From: Moniliella sp. 'wahieum'
Lineage: Eukaryota
Reading direction: 5' to 3'
Assembly: GCA_003971905.1 (NCBI GenBank)
Contig: RSEE01000023.1
Span: 682,001-746,000, forward strand
DNA: 64,000 bases
Below are positions 22,062-35,404 of this stretch, piece by piece (position 1 is the stretch's first letter; each line of letters opens with the position of its first letter). A program made the position numbers and the translations under genes. The notes beneath the pieces are model-generated. The model was not told where the DNA came from and did not search any database. It was given only the letters and a program-made list of their open reading frames with translations.

Positions 22062-24924
22062 ATGTCCAACGAACACAAGCACACGTCCGACTTGGGCTAT
22101 CAACCGCCGACAGCTGGGTGTGCCAACCTCCCCATTTCTCTTTGCATCACACGCTGACCTCGGGACCGCCCCAGCGTATTTCCACGATGGCTACTCGCTC
22201 AAGCAGTTCCAGGTCCTTTTGAACGTCGCCTTGGATCAGACGCGTTCTTTTGCCGGAGGTGTTCGTGACAACACCATGGCCTGCGTCTCTCATTACGGTC
22301 TCCTGCACCCCGAAAAGGTGCGCAACATTTTGATCATGGACTGTATGCCTTCGCACCCCCCAGGCCAGAGGGACCTACGGAGAGGGTAGAGGCGCTGCAA
22401 ATTATTCTGTTGGGCCGCAAGTCCACCTCGCAAGGTAACGAACCTGTCATGGGTGCGATGAGGAACAAGGACCCAAACCTGTGTTGTCTTTCGTCTCTAG
22501 CGCGCTATTTTTTCCACCGGTTGCAAATAGCAAGGGAACGCCGCCCGCAAGCATGGGGCGATGGAGTTTGCCCGCCCTTAACCGAACCCGACTCTTGGAT
22601 CGACTACCCGGTTTTTCCAGGCAACGACTGAGGGCCAGCCGGTCCAGCACCGATCTGCGGGAGGATTATGACGAGGGTGGCCCCAAGGATCGCCCCGAGG
22701 AGCCCGCAGAGGTTCCCGAAGAGGTTCCCGCAGAGGTTCCCGCAGAGGTTCCCGAAGACGACCCCGAAGACGACCCCGAAGACGACTCGAAGACGACCCC
22801 GAAAAGGTCCCCGAAGAGGTCCCGAAGACGACCCCGAAGAGGCCCCCAGAAGTTCCCGAGGAGGACCCGGGCAAGTCCAGCAAGTCCAGCAAGTCCAAAA
22901 GGCCAATCGGTCGTTCGCCGATGTCTTCTTTGGGTCATTACAACGCGGTGCTGCGGTGTTTGAGGGAAGCGGGATCGAGAGTTCCAAAAAGACCCTCATC
23001 TTCCGTTGGAGCGTGCTCGTATCGCTGAGTCGCTGGGTGTACCAGGTGATGCGGTCAATAGGGCTGCGCGTTGGGTACACCAACCAGATTACAGTACTAC
23101 AGTCCCGTTTGCATGGGCCTGGTACGCGCGCTGAGTGGATGGGCGCCCCAAGGTGGTTCCTATTTCCTCCCCCGAGGTCAGCTCGACCCCTGACAATCTT
23201 TTGCGCCAAATTTTCCCGACTTGGACCAGGAGGAGGAGAAAACTCGATAAAGCGCTTCAGGAGTGCGCGCCCCTCCCCGGTGGCGCAAGGGGAAAGAAGC
23301 GTACATATGAAGGGATTGAGGTCAGCAACAGGCGTGAGCAGCTTATGGTGGCGAAACACTTCGCCAGTTGCTGAGGATGTTTCGCCGAATCATCCTACAA
23401 GATGCACCTTTTTGGTCTGACACCGTATGCAACCGCCGTATTTTGAAGTTGGACGTGTTCCGGTCACCAGAGTACAATGAGTGGTGCGATCAGCTCAAGA
23501 CTTATGTCGCTGAACAGCTGCCGCTTGAGTTTTCCCTCGAACGGGCAGTGCCTGAGCTCACTGCTTTCATTCAGCAGTGTGTTGGGAAGGTCAATGCCAA
23601 GATGGAGTCTGTGGAGGATGCGGTTCACTTGTTTGCGGAAGCTCAAGAATCGTCCGATGCGATAACGACCCAGATGGCCAATGCTGTGGCCAGTTCACTG
23701 CCCCGTTTGGAAGAGTTGATCAAGGGCAACGGGGTCACCTGGACGCGTGCGACTTGAGCGTACAGGGTATGCGGAGTGAATTGGAGAGCCTCAAACCCAA
23801 AATGGAGGGCATCGAGACCAATGTGGAGGGCATCGAGACCAAACTGGAGGGCATGGCGAACGAAATGAAGGGCATGGCGACCATGCTTGCCGCCATCGCG
23901 GGTCGCATAGGCGTTCCACAGGATGCGATTGGCCCCCCACCCCGTCGTGTGTCTCCACCCGCCGCAGGCCTGGCTCCCATCCCCGTTCCCCCGTGCCTCC
24001 CCAAGAAGCTTCACGCTCGTCCGCGGGTCCAACGGCCTCCGCTGTGCCTCCTTCCGATGACCATGTGCTTACTTTGGAAAGACGTGTTGGCACTGTTCCT
24101 AACCCTGGTGCATTTCCGCCTCCGGTGCTTGTTACCCCCACCCTGTTCGGGAAATAGGGCCTTCTGCGTCTGCTGTGCCTACTGCGCTGCTGTGCCTACT
24201 GCGTATGCTGCTTGCCTGCTGTGCCTGCTGTGCCTACTGGCGTCTGCTGCGTCTGCTGCATCTGCTGCGCCACGATCGGAAGTCGCCTGGGCCCAATAGC
24301 TGTCGCCGCTCCGACCCCCCCGCCTCTATTCCAAGCAGCATGATTACGGTTGCGTGTGAAACGCTACTTCAGACCATCCCACCCCCTCCTGCACCTCCTG
24401 CTCCCTTTCCCAGTGAACTGACTGCTCCCTTTCCCAGTGAACTGACGCTGCGTCCGAACGTCGCGTCCGTAACTGCTGCCTGGGAGGAGTGGGACAGGGG
24501 GTGGGGGGGAGTGCTTTGTCTGCGGGATCAGCTTAAGCCGCCGCCGCGATTCAACGGGCCCGATGGACGGCGACGACCTGGTCTCAAAGCGGTCGGTGGT
24601 TCGCAAGAGAACATGCTCAAACGCCGTCGCAAGGTTGGCCGGCGCATGGAACAGCTCATCGCCACGTACAAGGTCAAGCTCACCACGTCCGAAATTGTCA
24701 AGCGGGTCCACACTGCCTTTGAAATGCTGGGCAAGAAGCGAGGCGGGTTCACACAGATCTGCGACAAATTAACACTAATCCACGACGCTGACTTGGTCTT
24801 GCCAGAGAAGGAATGGACTATGGCCAAGGTTGAGCAAGTCTGGAGCGGACTACGTCGACAAAAAGGACCTGAAACGACGGTGCAGGCACTGCAGTCCCGT
24901 CACGATCAAACAAGTGAAGCTTGA
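22062..24924 (+). mobile_element. Crypton (CryptonF)/Ndc10-type tyrosine-recombinase-derived gene with a C-terminal GCR1_C domain; probably domesticated or inactive
   Basis: Collinear Crypton/NDC10_II-like motifs: DGYS, SHYGLLHPEKVR, GRKSTSQG..GAMRNKDPNLCCLSSLARYFFHR, WIDYPVFPG, KKTLIFR, GVPGDAVNRAARW, QYYSP..VRALSGW, YFLPR..IFP and FRRIILQDAP. GCR1_C-like SVTAAWEEWDRGWGG near 24465-24510. Confidence 0.8.
22694..22897 (+). repeat. Intragenic minisatellite: 12-bp units (GCAGAGGTTCCC / GAAGACGACCCC) followed by 9-bp CAAGTCCAG units
   Basis: Visible tandem units encoding EEVP/AEVP/EDDP and QVQ. Confidence 0.85.
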
Positions 24925-26922
24925 AGGAATCAATATTGGTGTTGTACAATGCGACATGGGCCTTGGCGGCAGGTTGAACGCGGATATAGCCGGATAACCT
25001 CAGGCCTGCTCCGCCCGACGTTCAGGGTCATTGCGAGCCCGGATAGGAGGCCTTGAATGGTATGGTATAGGGGGCAAATGGCCATGCGCGCTGCACCATG
25101 CATCACCCGTCGCGCGCAACACGACGGCGCCCAAGGTTTGCGCACAACGGCGCCAACGCGCCTCTTGTGCCAAAACAAAAAGGGGTGCATTGCATGCGGA
25201 CGCAAAAGGACACAGCACAGATGAGCAGCAAAAGGGGCACATACCGCCTCACAATGCAACAGAACCCGCCAATTTGAGATGGTGTTACACGTTAGGGCCA
25301 ACCCCTACTAATCCGCGAACAGTAACCTCCATATCGCACAAGGCGCTCGGAAGCTGCGCATCAACTACTATAGTTAGTATGTAGCGTCACGCCAGCCCAC
25401 GGCCGCTAGTAAGCTGCTCAGAATGATGGAGAACGTTGAGGTGAACGTTGAGTACGTTGAACGTCGAGCCGATTAAGCGTGGCTCCGAGCTGCGGTTCAA
25501 CGCTGACTCATCGATCATCGCGCTGAAGTCGCTTAACGTGCGCAGCCACGTCCGCGTCAATGCGCATCCGTTCAGCGTTCATCTATCGTGCAATGAGACG
25601 ATGACATCTTGAGAAGATAACATGGAACACTGAAAAATATACTTGAAAAGCCCTCTCGCTTATCCATCATTGGCACTACACCCAAAAAGAGTCATCTACA
25701 TGCCAATTGAAGAATGCGGTGCGGTCTGTGGCCCGGGGTGTAGGGCACATAAACAGGGCTCGCAAGTTTGGAAAGGATGGAGATGTTTGTACGTATAAAC
25801 AACCGCTGAGAGCTGTATACATTAGTCTGTGGCAACAGAGGGAGAGCTTTCGTTGTTGCTGTGACATGTGACGCAAAAGCGCGTACAAGCAAATTAACGG
25901 AGACATTATGGTGGAACACTCAAGTTCTCTCGAATGCCAGATGAATAAACTCAAAGCCTTGAGGCTCAAGCTTAAATTTGAACTGAGCCTCGGTGAGGGG
26001 GACCTGAACAGCTCAACGAGAGAGGGAGCGGAAGGACATATACACTCCTGCTTTTGTCCACCAGTTAGTAGAATAGAGAGACACATTTGCGGAGGAGGCG
26101 ATCTGGGGAGCATGCAGAGGTCAGATCGACTAAGGAGATATATGGTGACTGGACCACATTACGGCAAGAGAGCTGGCATTTTATGGCGAAAGGGCTGGTA
26201 TGCGACGGCCAGCACATCAACTACCCTACAACAACACATGGGGTGGCCTCAAGCGTTGCCGATTGAGTCGCGCCGATTTCGAGCGGGAAACAGGGGACAT
26301 TATCGATGACACGATGTACACTACTGCAGTGCCATGCGATGGGCCGGCCGGTAATTGTTAATTGCCAACCCATCCCAACGTCCATGGCTGCGGCCCATTA
26401 ACACAGTGCCGGGTTCTCCTTTCCACTTCTTTTCACAACTCCACACTATATACTACCCTATTACTCCTTTCGCATCGTCCATCTTCTGTTCGTCCACGCT
26501 AGCCTATCGGCATCTGAGTACTGAAAGTCCACACAACGATATTGTGCGCTGGCACTGAGCCAAACTGGTTCGAGCATTCTTGCTCCGCCTACGCCACCTC
26601 CCAAAACAAAAGGGTTTAAATCTGACCCTGTCGCCTGACGTCCTTTATTGGGTCGCCGGAGGAACAGCTAGGTGCTCTCATGTAAGCCAACCGTCGCAAC
26701 ACCCCTGGCCGCCGGCTATTTCTACCCCTCCTCTCTGACCCCACCACCTCAAGCCATGCCCCACTTGATCGACCTGCGCCACATCCTACCCTGACCTTTG
26801 CGCCTGGGCTGTACACACGGCGCGTGTCACTCCCTGATCCGCAATAAAGGAATACCACCCTCTGGCCTCCGCCCCTCGACATCCTCATCCGCTTTTCGTC
26901 TGGTCCTCTCATCTGTCGCTCC

Positions 26923-29290
26923 ATGTCTACTTCTTCATTGTGTACATCGACCTCCTCACCCCGCAAAATCGTCTCCACCCACCCACCGCCCACCTTGGCT
27001 CCCCCCTCTCAACCATCTCAGCTTTCCCCAAGCAGCCCTGTTTCTGTCAAAACGCCACCGAGCGTGTTGGGCCCCCCCGCGTTCTTGTCTGACCCCTCTG
27101 ACGACTACCATCATAACCTCTTCCCTCGTCTTGGGCTGAGCTTCTCGGGTACTCCTGCTGGTATGTCGGCCACCCACAGGGGTTCCTTGAACGAAAACGG
27201 GGACCTTTCCCCCCGTACCCAGACCTACGATTTATCGCCACATTTCCCCCAGAAACCAAAGGTATGTCTGCTTTGCCATCGCCGACCAAAGATGCACAAC
27301 CGCTGACCCCTTGACAGAAAATTTGCGTCCGACCCAGAACCTTCGGTTGGATCACAACGATTGGTTTTATCCTATTCCAACATCGCCTTTGGCCCAGGGT
27401 GAAGAAAAGGAACGCTTCCGCATACCTGCTCCCTTTGGACCCAACATGACCTTGGCCCATCGTTCTTCTTCCTCGTCCTCGTTCTCCTTGTCGTCCGCCA
27501 CTGAGGATGCTTGGCCCCATAATCTCTTCTCCCCGATCCCTCCTCCTTGGAGTCCTGCGTCGAAAGAGGGTGGAACTGCTGCAAGCCCATCAGGCCTCAT
27601 CGACCCTTAAAGAGAGACCCCCGTTAAGTTCGGCAATCGCTCATTTGGAGAATTGGGTGTTATGCCGCTGGACCATTCCAGGTCGTATCCAACTCACAAT
27701 CTTCTCCCTTCCGATTGGGAAGGGATGATACAACAATGCGTGAGTTGCAGGCAAAAGCAGTGGTTTGCTCAAAGCTTCAACCGTGCCTGCACGCGCTCTG
27801 CATGCCCTGCAGCAGCCGCATATCGACTCGGTTTGCGGGCCATCTCTTCTTCTGTCCTTGTGGCTCCCGAGTCGAGCGTCTGTCGTATATCAGAGCAATT
27901 GGCCCGCCCCGTTTTGTCCTCCACAGATCCAGCCAAGGCTGTCGGAAGCACAACGCTCAACAGCAGAGTGGTTTCGGATGTTGATGTCTCCCAAGCACAG
28001 TTCCGCCCGCTTTCGCTTCCACCTCCTGCCTTCTCGTCCGCGGTGGCGAAACAAATGGAGGTAGGCAATGACGTTGAAGATCTGACAGACCAAATGGAGC
28101 AACTGCATTTACCCGACAGGTGCGCCAAGTCGTCCTTCACCGTGGTGCGAGTGGACAATATTCCGTGGACGACGACGATTGAGGATGTGCTGCGCTGGCT
28201 TCCGCGGGAGCTTCTGCCTCCACCGCAGATGGTGGTGCAGCCAGTCCACATTCCGATTGACCTGAAGAACGGAAAAACCTCCAACGCCTGTTTCGTCGAG
28301 TGCGCTACGCCCCTGGCCGCCCACCTCATTCTTACCAAGACCAACACCCGCCTTGGTCCCATGGGAAGCGAACGGCCTGTCAGCCTAGTGCAGAGCTCCT
28401 ACAATGAAGTTTGGGGAAGCATCTTTTCTCCCCCCTTCTCCTGCAGACGTCCCCACCTCTCGGCTTGGCACCGACTCTGCTCTGCCCGCCGTTTTTTCAC
28501 CCAAGACCGATTGGAGCAATTACTGGCCCTATCTCATTTCCTCCGACCCAGCTCAAGAACCAAACCAAGCCAATCGAGTTCCTCACTTCGGCGTTGTGTC
28601 TTCTTCCCAGCACATTGCCCGCCAATCAAACCTCACTATTGGTCCACTACGTCCAGCGTACGTCTTTCCTTTTCTCATGCAAGAACCGCATCGCAAACAG
28701 TATACTGACCTTCTGTGAAACTGGTTGTAGAGATGATCACCGTGACCATCCAACATTGGCTGCAATTGGACAGCCTGGTACGGACTCCTTTAGAGCGTTT
28801 GCTCTTGGCGGCCAAGAAAACCTCAGCGCTGGGCCCATGCCTCTCCTCGACCATCGATACCGCCTGGAGAGTGCTGAACCAAACCGCATCTGCTCACGCG
28901 TTACCTCCCATTATCCCGCCGACCAAAAAGCGCGTTGGCCGGCGCTCGTCCCACACCCATGACCGTTCTTCCCGACCCCCGCCCGCGTATTTGTGCCACC
29001 ACGCTCCTCCGTCTCTGACTTCGCACCATCATGCTCGCGCCCACTCGTCCATCTCGCTTCATCCAGCGTTGCCCAGCGAGATGCGTATGACCACACAGCA
29101 AGACCTCTCTTCTTTGATGCATCAGAACCCCGACTTCTCTTTCCCACGCTACCACCCATCCCGCGACACGCTGCCTCCACCTTGCCCCAGTCTGTTTCGG
29201 CCGCCCCTTTCTCGGCAACCAATGGGAGCACTTGGATTCCAGTTTCTGAGAGAGAGAACAGAAACAGTAGAATTCCATCTTCCTCCCTGA
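26923..29290 (+). CDS. RRM-like domain protein with long disordered flanks; 3' end approximate
   Basis: FTVVRVDNIPWTTTIEDVLRWLP..VHIPIDLKNGKTSNACFVEC..RLG..RPVSL resembles RNP2/RNP1. Intron near 27262-27317 (GTATGT..GCTGAC..CAG). Confidence 0.65.
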
Positions 29291-30801
29291 GGCCGCCGAT
29301 AAGGGTGCCAACGGTTCTCTCCACCCCGACTCGCTCTGCTCCCTTCTTCACATCTTTCTTTTCTCCCACCCCTCTTTCCTTGGCGCCTGTGTTCCTTGCT
29401 GGATGAGATACGTGACCCACAAGCGCGCTAAAGTGATCCACACTCTCCCGTTTCTCTCCCCTCTTGATCATCCATCGTGTTCTCAGCCGCAAAGAGAGCG
29501 TCTCTTGTCCCTTCTCCCTCCACCTACCCCTTTGCCTGCTGTGTGTGGGCTTTTCTGTGTGTTTTGTGGATGTCTCCCCTGTACGCTCTCTTCCTTGCCC
29601 CCCTTTCCCGATGCTCAGGCCCCCCTTGCCCATGCGCCTCGAATCTGTGCCGCAAGTGCGCTGTGACATATGATACGGCGTGTCCGTGATGCATCAACTC
29701 GCCGTCGGTTGTGGACGATAAGGTGAAGGGTGAGCCGGTGAGATGTGAGAAGAGGGAGATCTGAGATGGGGCTGGTGATTGATTCGATAACGCCTGTTGG
29801 GGAAGAGGGCCAGCATTGAGTGTTGCAGGTAGGATACAACCCAACCATTGGGGTAAACATTTCGGCGCTGCCGATCAGACATCATGCATGCCGTCATGCA
29901 TCGTGCGAGGGCAGCCAGGGTCGGCGCTCGGGCCTCGGGCTTCGGGGCACCAGGCGAGGCAAGCGGGACTCAAATTTCAAACGGCGAGTGAGCGCTCAGC
30001 AGCGTTACCGTTATGCGTTTCTCGTGGCTAGTAGTTCCTGGCCGGGCTGATCGAACACACCGATCCAAACTCGGGCGTGCCGCGTGCGGCCTCCCGCCTC
30101 CTGCGCTGGGCCACGCAGGACGCCGGTGCTTTGCCTGCGTCTACACGCCGCGCTGTCTCGTGGCCTGCGCACCCGTGATCGATGATCGGGAGCGCTGAGT
30201 GTCAGCGGCTGAGTGCACCCGCCCGCCGGCCCTTGGCTGCCTCGGGCCTCGGGCGTCGGATGCGCCAGACGCGCCTCCGCTGCGGTTCCCTGTCTTCCCA
30301 ACCCCGCCTCCACACTGTCGCCATGCCTGCGCGGCCACCACCAGCACCCAGGACAAACAGCAGCAGCCCAGACGTGTGACTAGGTCACTGTCACCTGTCA
30401 CCCATGTCACCCGCCGTGCATCATCCATCATGCGAGGTGGCGGCACGGCGCCCCTGTGGCGGCTGTCTGAGGTGGGAGACGCCGGGCGTGACGTGACGCG
30501 TGAGGCGGGAGGCGTATTGCAAATCGGGTGCTGGCTGCTCATGCATCATGCATCATGCCTGCGCCCCCTCGCATCCCAGCCATCTGACCTGCCCAAAGTT
30601 TAGCAGGCGCGCTGGCCCAGCACTCGGCAGGCCGATCCAGCCTGCCGCCTTCTTAAGCCCAGCGTCGATGGGGCCATCCTGCTTTGCTCGCCCCCACCCG
30701 CCCCGCCCCCGCTCCTTCCACGCTCACGCTCAGCCCAGTCCGTCTCCTGACGGTCCCCCGCCGCCCAGCCCTTGCCCTGCCCCTTCCCACGCCATCTCCC
30801 C

Positions 30802-31926
30802 ATGTCCTCCTTCTTTTTGGACCAGGCCGACGGTGGCGTGTTGCGCCGTCTGAGTGCCCTGCCGTACCCGCTGCGCCCATCGGGCGTGTTTGTGTCGCAG
30901 CAGGTCTTTGAGTGGTCCTTGTCCGCCTGGACTCCTGCCCTGTCGGCGCTGGTCTACCTCGTGGTGTGCGTGGGCCAACCAGCGACGGAGTCGCGCCATC
31001 CGTGCCGGCAAGCCGCTGCCCGACCTCATCAAGCGCAGCAAGGCGCTTTCGTTCCTTGTCTTGCTCCCAATGCCTTCCTTGCGCTGTACTCGGGATGGAC
31101 CTTTGTCATGCCGTCTTGGGTATCGTCCCTACTTCCTCAGCGGCATCCAGCAGGGCGGCGCCCACGGTTTCCGCAATGCCTACTGCACCGTGCCCACCAA
31201 CGACCCGGCCGGGCTGGGTCGCTACGTCTGGTTCTTTTACATGAGCAAGTACTATGAGATTGTCGATTCCGTCATCCTCGCCGCCAAGGGCAAGAAGGTG
31301 TCAACCTTCAGGCGTACCACCACGCCGGCGCCATTGCCGCCATGTGGTCCGGCACTCGGTACAGGTACGTTTTCCCCCCCGTCCCTATCCATCTTGTTTG
31401 GCTCCACATAACTAACCAACGCACTCAACCGTGAATAGTGCCAATGGGATCTGGATCTCTTGTTCAACAGCGGCATCCACACCATGATGTACTCGTACTA
31501 CACGCTCTCTACGCTCAAGTTCCCCTGGGCCGGGGCGGTGAAGCAAGCGATGACGACGGCGCAAATTGCGCAGCTGTTCTTTGGGTGCATTATTGGTCGC
31601 TGTACCTGCTGGTTCGCTACTCTCCCCGCGGCGTACCAGGGCGCAGCTCCGTCGGTCGGTGCGACGCCGATTGTGGAAGCGACCCGGGCGCGTTTACCTA
31701 CACGTGGGACGCATTGACTACCAGCCACGGCGCGGCGGATGCGTACCACCGCCTGCACGACTTGCTTACCTCCCGACGTGCGCATGCCATGCTGCGCCTC
31801 GACGGGCCACGCATTGCCGTTGCACTCAATGTGATACCTCATCCCGCTCATCGTCCTCTTTGTTCGCTTCTACCTCCGCAGCTACTTCCAGCCTACGGCG
31901 CCACCAAGCGCTCCAAGGCCGAGTAA
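30802..31926 (+). CDS. Fatty-acid elongase, ELO/GNS1/SUR4 family
   Basis: WFFYMSKYYEIVDSVIL..KGKKVS..YHHAG (His box across a frameshift), FNSGIHTMMYSYY and MTTAQIAQ. Confidence 0.88.
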
Positions 31927-33252
31927 ATCCGCGACGGTGCCAAAACAAAAAACGTCACTGGATACCCTCTCAAGCTGGAAGTTTGACCAGCAGGCTATGC
32001 AGCGACACTACTATGGCATGGCGTTCTGCCTTGCAGCTAAGCTCGTCATTAAATTCCCTCTTGGGCTTTCCCTGACCCCGGTTCATATTCTTTTGCCTTG
32101 ACCATTCCACACCACCCCTCTCCTGTTCTCTATGTTCAACTCTGTACTCTCCCATGTGTTCAATGGTTCCTTCTCCACCCAATCAAGTCATCTAATCCTG
32201 CATGGTCTGCCGCAGACCCGTCGCCTTCGTTGTCGGGTCACCGGTCAGAGGTGTTTGCATAGCAGAAAAAGGTCCAGGGTCAGCTTCAAGCTTCAAGCTT
32301 CACCGTCGCAACGACAAACTACATTATTTCGTGGGCAACTATAGATAGGCCCGCCCCCAAAACAAATTCTGACGCCTAGCACGGCGCCACACTCTCGGAA
32401 AGCGGCAGGGGGCCAGTCGGCCCCAGCCGGGCACGTATGTTGTGGCTGAGGCGCTGAGGCGCTGAGCGCATTGGGTGTCGAACACTGGCGCTGTGCAATC
32501 TGAGACATCTTTCCCATTGCGTCCCAACGTCCCAACCCAACCCAGCCCAGCCGGGCGCTCAGCAGCGGCGGAACTGCATCCAGCATCCAAGCGGAATTGC
32601 CAGCCCCGCGCCCTGGCGGGATGCCTATACCGCGCCTCCTGCGTAACGCGTAAACCACCGCCGTGCTCCACCTCGCGTCGAGGGCCCGTAGCTGGATCAA
32701 ACGGGAGGTGACACTTGGTTGGTAGTGGTAGTGCACGAACGGCAATTCCGGCTGCTGGAGTGGGCGCCTAGTCAAAGTTCGTCGGTAGGCCGCTAGGGGA
32801 GACCAAGCACATTACGTTGTGTATGCGAAAGATGCCACCTCTACCCACCAAAAAGAATACCTCCTGTGTTAGGGGAACCACGTGCCCGATGCCCTCGATG
32901 CTTCCTTTTCTACACGTGGCGACCATAAGGCCTACCTAAGGAGGGGCAGGGCAGTCTGTAGTGGCAGGGGCGCCGTAGCAGGCGCTGGTGAGGGTCGGCC
33001 TTCGGGCGTTTGGCGGTGGTGCGCGGGGCGTTGCTTGCGCCTGCAGGGGCAGCGTGGTGCAGCTGGGACAGGCCGGGCGTGAACATTTCATTGTGCTGCA
33101 AGCGTGGCAGGCAGCGCAGCGCCACATGCCCTCGGCCATCGGGCCAGGTGCGCGGGCCTACCTGGGGCCATGCGTCAGGCTGAGCGCCGGCGCAGGCGCA
33201 GCCACGCCTCCATCCATCCCTGCCTCCCCTCCACCACCACCCTCCACCGGCC

Positions 33253-34977
33253 ATGTCCGCGCCCGTCGCTCCTGTCTCCCCCGTCGCACACTCCCGCGGG
33301 ACGGAGGACGTCGTGCGCGTGCTGCTCGCCCAGTTCCTCACCCTCAGCAATGCCAAGGCCGTCGTCTTCTACGTCGTCGTCTGGCACCACCTCGTCCGCG
33401 TCCTGCGCCACCTCAAGGTCTACGGCGTCACGGCCTCTGTCCACCAGCTCTACACTGCCGTCTACCGCAGCGCCGTCTTGCTCTTCATGCGCCTCCCGGC
33501 CATCCGCCGCCGCGTCAACAAGGAGCTGGATGAGGTCGAGGCCGACCTGGAGCGCAAGCTGGTGCCCCGCCTGCCTACCTCGAAAACCACAACGAGCTCC
33601 GGCCCAGGGCATGGACGAGGCTGAGCTGCGCACTGAGCTCAAGAAACTTCAGCTCCTCGAGCTCGGCCATCGGAGGATGGGGTGGACCCCGAGGCTCTTG
33701 CTGGCCCATGCATGGAAGGAGGTCGATGGCCAGCGTGTGGCAGACGGGCAAGATCTCTGGTGCCGTCTACCATGGCGGCAAGGAGTTCAATGACCTGTTG
33801 GCCGATGCGATCAAGATGTTTATGGTCTCCAACCCCCTCCACCCGAGGTGTTCCCTGGCATCCGCCGCATGGAGGCCGAGATTGTGTCGATGGTGCTGCA
33901 AATGTACAATGCTCCCGACAGCGCGGCTGGCGCTACGACTTCGGGGGGTACCGAGTCCATCTTGATGGCCTGCAAGGCTCACCGTGACTGGGGCCGGGCC
34001 GTCAAGGGCATCACCGAGCCCGAGATTGTGCTTCCCGAATCGGCCCACGCTGCATTCAACAAGGCCGGCGCCTACTTTGGCATCACCATCCGCACTGTCA
34101 AGGTCGACCCCGTGACGCGGCAGGTCGATCTGCGTGCGTCCGTCGTGCGATCACGTCGAACACTGTTCTCATCGTTGGTTCTGCACCCAACTTCCCCGAT
34201 GGCGCGATTGATCCGATTGCCGAACTAGCAAACTGGCGACGAAGCATCGTGTCGGTCTGCATGTCGATTGCTGCCTCGGTTCTTTTCATCGTTCCCTTCC
34301 GAGGAAGCTGGTTTACCGATGCGCCCTGCTTTGATTTCCGCGTACCTGGTGTCACCTCCATCAGCTGCGACACGCACAAGTACGGGTTTGCGCCCAAAGG
34401 CTCGTCGTCGTTATGTTCCGCACCAACGAGCTGCGGCGGTTCATGTACTACGTCCCAGCCCAACTGGACTGGCGGGGTGTACGCTTCTCCGCGATGCCTG
34501 GTTCGCGGCCGGGCGCTCTGATTGCAGGCACGTGGGCCGCGATGATGAAGATGGGCCGGCAAGGGTATGTGGACAGCTGCTTTGAGATTGTATCTTCGGC
34601 GCGCAAGATTAGTACCGCGATCCGGACCGAGATCCCGCAGCTCAAGGTGATGGGCCAGCCTAAGGCGTCCGTCGTGGCCTTTGCCAGTGCGGGCAAGATC
34701 AACATTTACGATGTGGGGGACGAGATGTCCAAGCGCGGCTGGCACCTCAATGCGCTGCCACCGAACCGCCTGCCATTCACTTGGCTGTGACGAGGTTGAG
34801 TGTGCCGGCTACCGACGGGTTCGTGGCCGACCTCAAGGCCTCTCAAGGCCGCTCGCGCTGCCCCAGCCAAACCTGGCACCATGGCTACGCTCTATGGCTG
34901 GGCCAGCAATCGGCCGTGGGCCCGCGCTGATTGGCCAGCTGGCCACCCGCTTCATCGACACGCTGTACAAGACCTGA
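33253..34977 (+). CDS. DPL1: Sphingosine-1-phosphate (dihydrosphingosine phosphate) lyase
   Basis: Motifs [43 protein letters not shown] and HVDCCLG. PLP-lysine motif [17 protein letters not shown]; ends FIDTLYKT. Confidence 0.93.
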
Positions 34978-35364
34978 TCGTGGCGACATGCCGTGTCAAC
35001 GGACTATTGGGCTGAGGGGAGGCGGGGGGGGGGGGCGCGTCCCGCCTCTTCCCCCCCTCCCCCCCTTGCCCTCACTTTCTTTTCCCCCTCATTCCTTCCC
35101 CTCTCCTCTCCTCTTCAGCCTGTGTCCTCTCCTTTCCCTTGTCCACCCTTGTAATGTCCTTGTGGGTTGGCTGCTGCTGTGGCGTTACCGCTGGCCCTAC
35201 CTTCGATCGAGAGGGGGGGCAGCTGCTTCTTAGTCTCCCACCTACCACAGTCCTTTGGTCGGGTAGGTGGTTTCGCCTCGCCTGCCTGCTGCTGCGCTAC
35301 TGCACATGGTAGGGACTCTGGTGGCCTCTGCATAATGCAACGCTCGTCTCTACAACCTTCTGCG

Positions 35365-35404
35365 TAACCTAACCTAACCTAACCTAACCTAACTAACCTA
35401 ACCT
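35365..35404. repeat. (TAACC)n microsatellite, about 8 units
   Basis: taacctaacctaacctaacctaacctaactaacctaacct, in the convergent DPL1-PIK1 intergenic region. Confidence 0.9.

Noticed and set aside
22694..22897. Repeat cluster as a CRISPR array
   Set aside because: Units are 9-12 bp, contiguous, coding and without unique spacers. The context is eukaryotic and no cas genes are seen.
35365..35404. (TAACC)n/(TTAGG)n as a telomere or interstitial telomeric site
   Set aside because: Only about 40 bp, internal between two ordinary genes, and not the TTAGGG typical of many basidiomycetes. Treated as a microsatellite.
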